Shown here: positions 11,525 through 24,754 of the stretch, piece by piece
Position numbering within the stretch: position 1 is the first letter of the stretch
Layout of the letters: each line of letters opens with the position of its first letter
Assembly (NCBI GenBank): GCA_015680685.1
Contig: MNCI01003167.1
Coordinates: 69,867-133,866 of the forward strand
From: Gnetum montanum
Lineage: Eukaryota; Plantae; Gnetophyta
DNA length: 64,000 nucleotides
Direction of reading: 5' to 3'
The notes under the pieces: model-generated
What the model was told of the DNA's origin: nothing
Database searches by the model: none
Seen by the model: the letters and a program-made list of their open reading frames with translations, nothing else
Translations under genes and position numbers: made by a program

Positions 11525-14500
11525 CTACAATCATGAAGAGGTTTTAAGATTACCCAATCATTTTAGAAAAATTTCTAATGGCTCATAACCATTCATTTAA
11601 TTTTGGATTTTCATCAAAATCTTTATTCATTATCAACTATATTTTCAATTTGGCTTTTAGAGTTAGAAATTTTTTTTATTTAATCCTTTGTATGAAAAAT
11701 CTTAATGGAATATTTTATAGCAATTAGAAGAAAATTTATCTTAAAAAATTATCACAATCTTTGATTTATCATTTAAAGCATATGTGAATGCTCATTTGTA
11801 AAGAAACATTAAGTTTATTAGCTATATTGGATCAAAATGTAATTATCATTTATTGTTCTTACTCTTACTTTATTTTTCTAGGTGTAAGAAAAATTTAGTG
11901 TAATTTACAAAAACTATATACAATGCTCTCTTCCACAACTATGTTGATCACTCCATGAGTAAAAGGATTTAAGAATGACTCAAATGGGATGTGTGGTGAG
12001 GAAGATATGGAGCTCTAAAGTTGGAAGTCAAAATAATAACATGAACTTCATATGTGTGAAATGAGAAAATGAAAAAATATTCTAACAGTCTATGCATCTA
12101 TATATTGATTTTATAAGTATGATATTATAGATGCAACATTGTTGATGCAATATCATAGAAGCTCATATATCATATCTACAATATTATTATTGGAATTTTC
12201 AAAATTTTTGTGACATTTGATGAAAGATGGACAAAATTGATAGTATGGAAGGTGTGAGGATGATCCAAAGGATTCTTGATCATAGATTATGCTTACAATA
12301 TAATAATTTGTTATTAAAGATATGTAAAAGAAAGATTTTAAGCAAGATAAGTTAATTAAGCTTTTAGGATCTGGTTGATCGAAATAGTCTCATGAATAAA
12401 TATGAACATGTAATAAAATAGCAATAATTTCCTAAGAATTTAAGAGGTATAAGATGATGTGGAATTGGTCATCAAGTATGAAACACAAGATTTATACAAG
12501 TGGATCCTCCTCAAAGCAAACTCCTACCATTAATGTTCTTGTATAAGCACACTTACAAGTATTCGTGAGCACTCAAATAGTTGAATGTAAATCATACCTA
12601 TCTTCCAAAGCACAGTTGTTAATATTGTTCCAATAAGAAAATAATACTATATAATCTAGAATCAGAAAAAGAAAATTATTTATAATCGTGTGGTAAAATG
12701 CTAGTAGCATGGATTGTAGAAAATGGAACATGGTATATCTTACCATAGGAATAATGAATTCTATGAGTAATTCATGGTTAAAATAATCATTAGCTTTTCT
12801 ATCTAAGATTCAAACCAAGTTGATAATACTTACCAGTGATATCATATTTCATTAACCCAAAACTAACAATCATAAGACTATCATGATTACAGGAAATATT
12901 ATTACTTGGAAATGAAGTACTAGGAAGCCTTTTATTAACCACATAGTTTATTTTAAAGGAGCCTTAGCCATTGGATAGAGGAGTGTCTTCAAGCATGAGT
13001 AACATTTCTTTCTAGCCCCATAACTAATGCAAGTCTAAGAAACCTTAAAATCTCTAAGAAGTTACCTACTTTCAAGGATGGGTAATATGTCTTTTTAGTG
13101 GAATCCCAAAAACTTTTTTTAATATGTATTTATTATGTTATTACTATGTCAACCTTACTAGAGGACCACCTTCAGGCATGGGTAACATCTCTCTAGTGAC
13201 ATGGTAAGATAACACTTATTTTAGAATACACTTTCATTTTTCATTAGAAGTCAAGTAAATAATATACCTTAATAACATAACAAGAATGATAGTAGTAGCT
13301 TTAGAGAATCCACGAATCCCCTTGGTGTAAACCCTTTTCATTCTCACTTGATTATTTACTTTTACATCTAGGCATAATGATTATAAGTTGATTTTACTTT
13401 TATTATGAAAAAATGTCATTATTTTCATAGTAAGAACCTCTTATTATTGAAAATGAGTGGATGAATGATGTGTCCATACTATATATACCATTAGCTCTTA
13501 AATGATTTTACAACATATGATAAAATTCTTGTTGTTTCAACTACATCTTGTTTATTCTTATATAGTTTATTAGGAAGATCAATAAAAATATACACATAAG
13601 AAATAGTAAAAATATAAAAGAATAAGAAATAGATAACAGTATAAAAATGTATTAAGAATTTGAAAGATATTAAATAATAAAAATAATAACATGTAAAAAA
13701 TATAAAAGAATAGGAAAGATATTCAATAATGCAAAAAATCATTAAAATTAGGAAACATATGACAAAAATTATATATAAAAAAAAACAAGTTAAAATTCAC
13801 TTACCAATTCATATTAAAGATAGGATACCTTTCTCAAAATTGAACTAAGGAGCAAGTATTCAAAAAATAAACTAAACATCCCTAGGATCATACACTCTAG
13901 GTTTCTTTTTTATCATCCTTAATGATTTATGCTTTTGTTTATTATCCCATGTGACATTGATAATAATCAAATTTTAATCATTTGAAAACACATATCTTGT
14001 TGGACTGGATGATACTCTTATTTTAGAGGATCTAGATATGTTTTCTTGTTTATTCTTGATTTCAAATTTTGAGTCTTCATAATTACTACTTGTTAGTGGT
14101 GTATGGTCATGATTTAGGATATCCTTTTGTATGTTATCAATTTGGATCATTTTCTTGGGGTAGGAGTTAATAACTAAGTTGGATGTTTCCATGCATGTAT
14201 TGGATAGTTTTATCTTTTCATTTCTTAACCACTATATGTCTTTTGGTTTCATGGACATATCCATTTTTTTTTTTGATCTTTTTCTTTTTGCATGCATACT
14301 TGTTTTTCAAATTTGTTGTGGGTTGAAGTAAAGAACATGTTAAAATTATAAACTTTTGATCCACAACTACATCCTTCTTGATTGTAAGTAATTCATGGAA
14401 TTCTTTGCATTTGTATGGATCCATGCTTATCTTCCTTGGAAATTTTCAAGAACAAGTCTCTCATTCCTAGCTTATCATCAATTGTACTAAGCCATGCTCA

Positions 14501-15376
14501 CTTCATAATGTTAAAAAAAGTCCAAGTTATCATTCTTCACATCGATCACCAAAATATCTATTAGATAATATCACCCATTAATAGTGATTAGCACATCTTC
14601 TATCTATCCCAAAAAATTGATGGTTTATTAGTGTACAAGCTCTAGTCTTATGTTGCACATCTGTAATGCCAATAGGTTTTCATGCCTTGTATGTTTCTTG
14701 ACATATCAAGTTAACACTAGAACATGAGTCTAGTAGAGATTTTCATGGTTAATTTTTAGCAATTTGTAAATAAATGAGAGGATTTCTAGAATCTATTCTT
14801 TTCTTAGGAAGAGTTCCTACTTTTATCCAATCTAATATTGTATTAGTTAACACGATAGTTTTAATCTTCTAGTTTTGTTATTGTGGAAGCATGTTAGTTG
14901 TAGGAGGATTTATCATAGGAGGAACATCATGCTTCTCCTAGTATAATTGGTGATGGTACTAGTAGTAAAGAATTGAGACGTTAATAAGAGTAAAGATGAG
15001 GATCCATACATGAGGTTATGGATCTATGGTATTCAAGTGGATAGTAACAAGAGAAAGTATGTATAAAAGTATTTCTAGGAGAGATAGAACATTGTACATA
15101 GTATTCATAGGATTCATTTATCTATATGGATATTTTGCATTAGCAGTGACATTCCCGATGATTGTGCTTGTTGCCATTCCTACTAATATTATTCCTATGA
15201 TTTAGGATAAATCATGCTTGGATAGTTTAGTTGTTGGTAGGACTATATAAAATTACCTTGTGGATAAGATAATCACCTAGGCATTTGTATTGGTACCTTC
15301 TTTGGACTACCACTTTTCTTATTGTTTTCCTATCATAAAAAAAGGATAGTGGATAAAAGACTCTAGTTAGAGCCAA

Positions 15377-16523
15377 TGTTCTTTCCTCCTTCTTACAATG
15401 ATAATCACAAGTATGAGGGTTCTTTCAAAAGTCAAGTTCAGGTTTTCATTGCTCTCTAGAAACACCAAGACCTAGATAGATCCAAATCAACTTAGCAGTT
15501 ATAGAGAAACTATCTAATTTGGATTAACATAATCTCTAAATTTCATAATATTTCATATTGAGAGTTGAATATATAATCAAACTTTTATGAAAATATTTAA
15601 CAATATTTACTCTATTTTATAAGTAAACAAAATTTCTTACTATATCAAAGTCACTTAGTCTATATAGTCTGAATTATATGCTACCTATGTAATCTAGCCT
15701 TTCATTTAATGCTTAAGTGCAATTTAACAAAATCTACTACCAATTTTTCCTAAAGAGAGAAAACCATGAAAAAATGAAAGCAGAGTAAGATTTGCTAATT
15801 TGTAGAATAAAGTAGTAAAACTACATGAAGCCTTAAACATTGAAAAGGAGCTACTATTGACAAGAGAACACATTTGGAAAATGAAGCTATTCAAATAAGT
15901 CAATAATACCAAAAATTGCTAAACCCTTAGCTATTCAAGTAATTAAACAATTCTAGGAATGAGATATCATGCATAATACTATGTTAACCACTAGCTCAAC
16001 AACTATGATAAAGAAAACAAAATCTGAAAAACTCAAAGGATAAAAGTAAATTATCTGAATCAAGTGTGAAATTATAATGCCATTGTATAGGAAATTTCCT
16101 CTAGATTTGTCTTCTACCTTTCTCCTAATAGTCCTTAACAAAGCTACTCTAGGTTTTATATAGTAGCTTCTAGTAGTTACAGCCATTATAGAAATTAAAA
16201 GCTATAGTTGTCTCACATTTTTTTCTACATAATTTCAATGTGTTGAATAACTATTCTATTGATAAATTTTCTTTATTCTTCAAATTTGAAGCACCTCAAC
16301 TGGTAACTATTATGATTTAGGAGAGCTCTTATTATCCTAACTCATTATATTTAGTTGAGATTAATTAAGACTCTTTAAGACTTATTTGGTGCTTGTTTCT
16401 CCTAAACCTATTCAGTTAGAGAATTTGTTATTTCCATGCGAGTAACTTCTTGCACTAGCTCAAACTTTCAATTCAAGCTTCTCATTGGTAGTTTCATTTA
16501 AGAGCTCAATAACTACCATTACA
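15377..16523 (-). repeat. LTR of the Tat-like family
   Basis: Colinear with 56285-57210; minus-strand termini tgtaatgg...gaaca; TATA at ~16155-16163. The right boundary is inferred from similarity to the tgtatgg start at 3526. Confidence 0.75.
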
Positions 16524-17079
16524 TACCTAAATAATCTTGTTTGTTCTAAGATAATGGTCTTCTCTTAACTCTAACTAACTTAATCATTCTCAGAACTTTC
16601 TATGCATCTGCATGAATATGGCTCATTTTCCCATGATAATCCTATGCTCTAGTAAAATTTCTATGCTAATCTTTAGCTCTGTTCTTATTCTTGGCTTTGT
16701 GACTTCAAATTCATCCCCTATTCTTTAGCTTGCTTATAGATGAGTTGTTTGACTTGATTCTTATATTGACCTATTAATTTAAAGCTTAAGGATTTAATTA
16801 CTATAGATTTTTTTTGGTGTTGACATTAGCTTATGAAGCACTTTATAAATTCATTTTCAAGAAGTTGATGTGGCAATGGTAGTTTGCAAAGGTGAGCTTT
16901 CTTGTAGAACTCTTATGGAGCTTGTTTTCAAAAGGGATTTTCAAGACTCTTCGAAGACCTAACATTTTGACCTTTTTGTGTGCTCAATGTTAAATATATG
17001 TGGCTTGTAAAATCACTTTTAAATATTTTCATAGATCTAAATTTTAACTTCATGAACTGGTTCTATAGGCTTATGTGAT

Positions 17080-17625
17080 AAATGCTGAAATGGCATGTGA
17101 AGTTTTTCATTTATCACAAGCCTAAGAATCTTCATCTAGAGGCTGGCATGATAGATTTTGATGTGGTAGATGAAGTATTTTGTTTATTATGAGCTTTAGA
17201 ATATTCATCTAGATGCTGGTATGATAGATCCTAACATGGCAAATGAAGTTTTTCATTTTTTATAAACTTGAGAATCCTCATCTAGATGTTGATGCGGCAT
17301 ATGAAATTTTTCACTTGTCACAAGCTTGAGAATCTTCATCTAGATGCTAACATAGCAAATGTTGATGCGATAGATGAAGTTGTTTATTTTTCATGAACTT
17401 GAGAATCTTTATCTAGATAATGATATGATAGAAGAATTTTTTCTCCTTTTCATGAACTTGAAAATCTACATCTAGATGATGATGTGGTAGTTGAAGGTTT
17501 TAATTTGTTACAAGATTGAGAATCTTTATCTAGATGCTAACATGGTAGATTTTGACATGATAGATGAAGTTTCGCATTTTTTATAAACTTGAGAATCTTC
17601 ATCTGGAGGCTGACATGGTAGATGG
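17080..17625. repeat. Tandem array of 58/59- and 73-bp units (partial copy at 27649-27935)
   Basis: tctaga core at 17135, 17208, 17281, 17339, 17412, 17471, 17529 and 17602 (tctgga). Confidence 0.9.
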
Positions 17626-18900
17626 ATTTAGTACTTTTCTCTTCTTCCTCTAGAAGGAATTTCATGGCTCATCTACTTGCTAAGTTGGAAATTCTTAAGA
17701 CTTAAATCATTTCTTTAAACAATTTCTAACCCTTCAATGAATAAGCTCAAAATTTTTACAATTCTTTAGCATAAACTTAAGCTAGATATTTTATTACTAA
17801 ACAACATTTTCTAGCTCTCTTTATCATCCTCAAAATTTTTCTTTTATATCTAAATATATGATCTAACCTCTACTATAAATAAGCTTGAATTTGAAGAAAA
17901 AGCTAATATCTATTAGGCTTATTTATGTTTATCTATTTGCAATTCTTAAAAATACCATTTTAATAAATTGTCAGTGCTACCCCTTTTTAGCTTACAATCT
18001 AAATGAATGAGAATGTGTATCTATAATTGAATTTTAATATTTTAATAGCTCATTCATGGCTTAAATAAACTAGGCTTTGAAAAATGAACTTTAAATCAAA
18101 GCTATGTTTGTTTTTGCTCAAAATCTATAAAGCTTCAAAGCCTTCTAGAAGTTCATGAATCGAGCTTAGAAATTGATCATCAATATGAATTTAATCTTTA
18201 ATATTGCTATTTCAAAAATAATGACTAAAACTCTAAGAGTCAAAATTGAAAGGTTTTAGTAATTAATCTTTTTATCTTTCCTCATTTCAAAACCTTCTTT
18301 CTTTCTTTGAAAATTTGAGGAATACTAGAATTTATCTATGCTCAAAAGCTTACGATGCTTCATAAATAAAATGACTCCATATTCTTTAGCATGATCTCTT
18401 TTATACCTCTAATATTATACTTAATGGTTTATAGAGAACTTTATATTTTTTAGGATTTAGAATAGAGGAGCACTTTATTAAACCAATATCCTTTTAGTAA
18501 ATTCAATATTGCTCTATGTATGATCAAAATGTAATAAAATTTCTTACCATCATTTTTTCCTTTAAAGATCAATATGCTAAGCTCTTAGAATAGCAAGATT
18601 TCACTCATTCTTATGAACCAATACCCAATGACATTTTTTATGGGATATACACAATAATGACTAAAAATCCTTCTAAAATTTGTACAAGGTAACTTGAATA
18701 AATTGTAGACTAAGCTTTAAAATGTAAATCCTTTTTGGGGAAAATTCCTATCAAGCTTAAGACTTATAAGTATAAAGGCCCCATGTGGCCTAAATGCTAT
18801 GCAAAATAGATACATATGACTACCTAACTTTAGCTACTTGAAACTAGTTAAGTGGTAGAGGGAAAACATTCACCATGACCTTTCTTAGGATCTTCCTTTT

Positions 18901-21900
18901 TGATGAGTGGTGAGGTACCCCTACACTCAACCATACGAAACGAGCGTAGCATGCACGATCCGCTCGAACTCCACAGACTAAATGCCTAAATGCCACAAGG
19001 AACGCTTGGGGTTAATCGTTCATTGTCTTCCCAGGATTGCTTGTATGTGTCACGGTATATGGTTAAGCAAGTCTGAGGTATATGCTTTTTTTGGTTTTTT
19101 TTGGTTTATCTCCTAATCTATGAGGGTGAATGGTTGAGAAACTAACTAACTCTAACTACAACACTAAGTCCTAGCGTCAACATCCATTCCCACTTATCGT
19201 ACACACCTTGAACTGTGCAACTGTGGCTACCAAATGCTAATTGTTACTAGGATCACCACACGTAATGCACGTGCTTGAAGCGGTCATACTGAGGAACTTA
19301 ACTAACCTAAGTGTGACAAGTAGCTGATTCCTTGACTAGCCATACACATCCGTAGATGCTCATAATCAAGTCGTACTTGTCCCACGTTCTAGGAGGAAAG
19401 GGTTGAGAGAATCTACTCGCGATGAGTAGCTGATTCCTTGGCTAGCCGTACACGTTCATCAACGCTCATAACCAAGTCATACTCATGTTGCATTACTAGG
19501 AAAGTAGTAAATAACATTAATTAAACCTATCCATGCACTGCAAGGTTTATCCACAAAGTTATTCATATTATCGTACACAACTTGCGTTCAGGTACAAAGC
19601 TGCTCGAATAAAGAACCGTTCACTTGGGGGACTCCTACTGCGGGCGCATGGAAAATATTCTATCTCTGGGGTGATCAATCCGCCAGAGCTTCGCTACTTT
19701 ACGCCTAGGATGAGAAATGAGGGGAGTGTCGCCTCTTATTTATAGATNNNNNNNNNNNNNNNNNNNNNNNNNNNNNNNNNNNNNNNNNNNNNNNNNNNNN
19801 NNNNNNAGCTGAGAGAAAAGGGGAGAGAGAATAGAAGAGAAGAAGAGAGAAGAGTCTTGCTGCTGCCAATGCCTAGATTGCATCTTCCATTATCCATCCG
19901 TAAGCGCATTATCCATTCTACTCCTTGCATAGCTGCCTCAGCGCTGCTCCATTCCAAGTGTTTGCTCTAGATCCATTCCGTTGTTGTATGATTACCATCT
20001 GCACACACAACACAATCATATATTAGCAAGGGTAATTGAATCATCAAGTAAATAATACCTTGCTTCGGTGTAGGTTCATTTGCTAGGTTGTGGTATGGCT
20101 GATATGGATCTGGGAAAATGTAGATGATGACTACCGAAGGTGTAGGGGTTAAGAAGAAAAACGAAAAAATCCGGGGCTTAGGAGAAAAATAAAAAATGAA
20201 CCTCTGATAGCATTAGAATGGAGAAAGAAAAGGAGTAAGGAAGATAGGTAAAAAGGGACAACTATGGCATCAGTGAAGTGGATGTCAAGATGAAAATGAA
20301 CAAAACTAAAATTAATTGCAAAATCTTAAGGAAAAGAAGTTAACTGATATTCCAAATAGGAGTGTCAGTGGGTCCTCCCCAAAGCAGGCTCATGCCCTTT
20401 AATGCCCTGACAAACCCACATTCAAAGAGTTCGTAGGCTCTGGAAATTTCCTTTGGAACAAGAGCTAAAGTCTTAACCGCTAGAGTTTACCAAAAAGAAA
20501 AAAATGCATCGACCAAAATATATGCACTAATGATACATCCAGCAATGAGGTGAATAGCAGAGAGAAGGATGGAAAGAAGAGGATGGAATGGAAACCCAAG
20601 GACAAGGTGGTGTACAACCCCTTGTGTGTTTTATGATTAATGCGACTTGGCGAATCTCATTCCAACTCTAGCTCAAACCAACCACTTCTAGTGACTGCAC
20701 ATCAATGCATCCAGTTAAACCATCCACTTGGATAACAAGGATGCATCTTCAAAGAGCCACCACCATTCTGATGAAACAAGGAGAGAATGGGATGCGAGAA
20801 GGCCTTAGTTAGAGGGAACACTTTGGTTCCATAACCAGTGCGTGCAGCCCAAATTTTATTTCGTCTAAGGGGTGTGCTTTGAATCCTCACTTTGGGGTTT
20901 TTTGTTTTTTTTTTTTTTTGTGTTTTGTGTTTTTATGNNNNNNCCTTGAGTCCTTCCTTAGTTTGAGAAATGCCTAGTCACCGGTTCGTTAAAGTTCTTA
21001 TTCGAAGGGAACTGTACATTTCCAAGCCAAGAGAAACCATAGATTTTGATGGATGGATGGATGAAGTGATCTCATTGCCTATCATATCAAAAGAAACATA
21101 CCTTAGTATCAACAATGTAACTTAAAGGTAAAAACCAACGTTAGTAATCAATATGAAAACAGTTCATACCATCAGTTTGAACACTTATTTGGTGATGAAC
21201 TTACATGGTGGATGACACACATACAAAAAATAGAAAAGTATAATGATGGTGTAAACAAAAACAAGAAAAGATAAAGAAAGTTGTAAAACAAAAAGTATAA
21301 AAGTTAAAGAAATTTGTAAAACAAAAACGTGTAAGACAAAAACGTTGTAAAAAAAAATGTGTAAAACAAAAAACTTAAAAGAACTGAGGGCCCCATATGG
21401 TTAGCATAGGTGGCCATCTCCCCCATGACTGAGTTGTAAGGGAGAGATCTCAGTAATGAACGTTTGTTTAAATTTCTTAGAAGTGCCCAACTTCTCCCAA
21501 TTGATGATCTTAGATTCAGGGGTGGAAGTTGGCGATGCTCATGTTCCAATGCGTCTATGCCACGGTTGTTGGCATGAGTTTTCTCAGTTCGTTCCATGTA
21601 TATTTTTTTGCTCCCATGAGTAGCTATCATCCACGGGGTGTCTACTACTTCTTGTGTGGTTGCTACATACAGGCATTTTTGTTGCACAGGTTCTTGGGCA
21701 CACCTGTTACATGGAGACATTTCCTCCATGTCATCACCCGATGAATCACTATATGTGATGCATGGAACTATCCTCTTCTCGATCTTTCCACATATGTTTA
21801 TCTTAGAGATTTCCAAGGAAAGATCACAGATCCTAAGGCATGCATCTACTGTGCTTAGCCATGCCCTTCCAATTATAATTGGGAAGTCCCCTTCGTTGTT

Positions 21901-23106
21901 GTTCACTTCAATCACCAGAAAGTTAGCTGGGTAGGACCAACCACACACAGTGGTAATAACATCCTCCACCAATCCTAAGGTAATGGTGATGGATTGGTCT
22001 ACCAGATCCAGTTGGATGTTGCTCTTCTTAAGTTGTGGTAGGTTCCAGGTGTGATACATCTTTTGCGAAATTAAGTTGACTCCGGAACATGAGTCAAGAA
22101 GAGCTCGATGTGATGCATTTTCAGTGATCTACAAATAAATAAAGGGACTCCTAGGGTCAGTTAGTTTCCTGGGAAGGTGGCCTACCTTGATCCAGTTAGT
22201 TACAGTATGTGTTAACATAACTGTATGCGTTACACTCCTTTGGACTGAAGGGTTCTCCGAAGCATTAGTGGTTAGAGGCCTATACATGTACCCGTCCGCT
22301 TGTTGTTGCGAGAGTTTGTCTGGGCTCCTAGTCCTAAAAAGAGGTCTCTTCTTTGTACATTTGTCACAAGAACTAGTTTCTGGTTGGATATTTACATGCT
22401 AAATATTTACATCTCTCGCGGCGTTACGTTGCTGCGGTTGGGTAGGCAATTCCCCTTGCATTGTTGGAACAGGTTGTATGGGAACTACTAGAGGAAGAGG
22501 TGCGGGTGGAGTTAGAGGACGGACGGAATGTGAGATGTCTCCCAGAGGAGAAGGAGTCCTTCTGAAGTACTCCCACGCTTGGTAGTGACGTTGGGGGGTA
22601 GTGTGACCCATAGAGTCACCTGGAGAAACCGGTTGCTACACATAATAAACATAAGGATCAGGCTATCGGTAAGGGTATTGATGTGTTGGTGGTGGCATCC
22701 CCCATGACTGTGGGTATTGCCACTACTGGTGTTGTTCAATGGGCTATGGAGGCATTCCACTTGGATAATATGTTAAGGGCTGGTGGAACTGCCTTGGGTT
22801 ACCATGTGGGTAAGGTAACCTTCAAGGTGTTTGACGTTGATTAAGTCTTGGATTTAATGAATACACCCCAGACTCCTACAGATGTGAGATACAAAGCTGC
22901 TCGAATAAAGAACCGTTCACTTGGGGGACTCCTACTGCGGGCACATGGAAAATATTCTATCTCTAGGGTGATCAATCCACCAGAGCTTCGCTACTTTATG
23001 CCTAGGATGAGAAATGAGGGGAGTGCTACCTCTTATTTATAGATATGGCGGTGGACCATGATATCGCTTACGTGATATCGTGGCTTGTGCAATCTGTGTC
23101 TCATCA
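18901..23106 (-). mobile_element. Non-autonomous Athila-like LTR element with perfect 5-bp TSD CTTTT; 3' LTR 18901-~19808, 5' LTR truncated to 22890-23106
   Basis: ctttt|TGATGA...TCATCA|ctttt; empty site at 29200-29204; 19592-19747 matches 22890-23045. Confidence 0.93.
21304..22200 (-). pseudogene. Athila-type aspartic protease at the end of gag-PR
   Basis: KLTDPRSPFI...ALLDSCSGVNLI...LDLVDQSIT..LGLVEDV...PANFLVIE...PIIIGRAWL. Confidence 0.85.
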
Positions 23107-24004
23107 CTTTTGAAAGCTCCATCGTACTCAATCTCGACTAAGATCTCAAATTTCTTTTCAATTTCTTAATTTAGATACTTTTTATTTTCTTGATTCGAAG
23201 TCTTCTCCTTAACTATAGTGATTCTACTACTTTCACCAACTGACTCTTTTCTAAACTATCCAATGAAGATCTCCCTCTCCTTTCCTTCAAATTAATGTAA
23301 ATGTGAGCTAGGTCCTCGACTATTCTATTAGCTTAGTAAGTTAGTGTCTTATGAGATGAAGACTTCTTTTCATGAATCTGAATTGTTTAGATTCTCTTCA
23401 TTTCTATCTAGCCTTGTGATTTCTGAACACTTATAGGAATCATCTCAAACATGAGCATGAATACCGTTTTGAGGGGGTGCCTCCACGCTCTGCTACTCCA
23501 TGTCTTGTAGCAAAATCTAGAGCTTAGCATGAAACAAACTCGATTGATCAAATTTAAAATGTCCAATGGCTTGGCATGATCTACTAGACTCTTTGGTTGA
23601 TTGCATCGCACAATGTTTCTATAGATCTCAAATTATCTCAGCGCTCTTCACTCAATGGCACTTTTCCACGAAGGAGATTCTATAAACAAAGGAATTCCTT
23701 CCAACCTAGACCCTGGAGGCATGATTAAAGCCAGCAAAAAATTTAAAAGAAACTCGTGTTTGTTACACCTAATCAAGACACAGTGATAAGGGACCACAGA
23801 ACGCGTAGATTACGAAGGAGATAAAATAAGAGCAAAATTTTGATGAGCAACAGATAGCAAAGCAACAACATAATATATATTCTTGGCATTAAACATAGAG
23901 TACACTCACAAACTTGTAGACTTTCTGGACTTAGATCACTTACTCTTTGCTACTCTCTTCTTCTCTTCTTTCTTCTGGGATCTCTTGTTCTTCTTCTCTA
24001 GACA

Positions 24005-24125
24005 CACACCCTATATATAGGATTTGGAGGCTAGTGGCTTCCATTACATGCTTTATTCCCTTAATCTTATCTTTTCCAGATAAGAGAGGATAACTTAGAC
24101 CTTATCAGCAAAGGAGTAGGTGTAC
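24005..24125 (-). promoter_or_regulatory. Putative viral pregenomic-RNA promoter
   Basis: cctatatataggg (TATA at 24012-24019) just after the last ORF; GATAAG motifs upstream; purine-rich leader downstream. Confidence 0.6.
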
Positions 24126-24134
24126 AAGCCATGC

Positions 24135-24754
24135 CTAAATAACTTTCAAGATTGCTCGATGAACTAAGAAAATTTTTCCACCTGCACAACTACAATCAAA
24201 GCATTCTTTGATAAGCTTTGAGAGTTTGGTAAGGATTCTTGCTAGAGTAGATGACATGTCTTCAGGCTCTGGTTGAGATGGTGGCTTTGGCATCATGCGT
24301 TTGTTTTCGTACCACGTAAGCTTTTGGAACATATTGATGCACTGGAAGGATGAGCATAACGTTTCTTCCCATGCTAGAGAATGTAGAATTGTAGACAGAT
24401 AAGCTCTGGAATTTTCATTAGCAAAAAGATGCCTATGGATCAAAATTAAATTATCTAAGACTTCAGATATGGTTATGTGCTGCAAAATATTTGCTTCAAG
24501 TCAACTCCATCGTAGATTGTTGACAATGCAATCGATTCTTCCTACCATATTGATGAAGAAATATATAGTTCAATATTATTTAGAAAGACACATTGAGGAC
24601 TCTTGTGGGAACATTTTTGTTATCTATTGGCATCATCTGACGTGATCTTCAAGAGTGTGTATAGGCCATGCTTTCCATTCTTCAGTATCTTGCAACAAAT
24701 TCTACGAAATGCTACTAAATATCGACTGTAACATGTTGGCATGAGGCTTTAATT
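24135..24754 (-). pseudogene. ~200-codon region in frame with the end of RNase H (Pol extension or separate downstream ORF)
   Basis: The RH IPG codon at 24797 is in the same frame as ORF 24135-24485 (offset 312). Confidence 0.55.

Larger units (their letters stand above)
6320..15287 (-). mobile_element. Highly decayed, 5'-truncated Athila-like element (protease plus env-like ORF, no RT/INT recognised); 3' LTR ~6320-8550 interrupted by the foldback
   Basis: tgatgag...ccctacac terminus shared with 18901; LTR TATA at 8461-8470 (-) with GATATC motifs; protease LLDSCSSVNLI at ~14705-14740; env-like LPFSCLIRKLC at ~10700-10735. Confidence 0.7.
17337..23462 (+). repeat. Left copy (A) of the ~1.9-kb direct duplication: 17337-18900 plus 23112-23462, split by an Athila-like insertion
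   Basis: Aligns colinearly, at high identity by eye, with 27649-29555. Confidence 0.95.

Noticed and set aside
17080-17625. CRISPR-like regularly spaced palindromic repeats
   Set aside because: The intervening sequences are homologous to each other, there are no cas genes, and the context is eukaryotic.
19533-19745. Duplicated short ORF (also at 22848-23042)
   Set aside because: Antisense reading of LTR sequence; the duplication is simply the LTR pair.
23487-23500. tRNA-Met PBS for the virus
   Set aside because: It needs an indel plus a mismatch to fit TGGTATCAGAGC, which is too weak to call.
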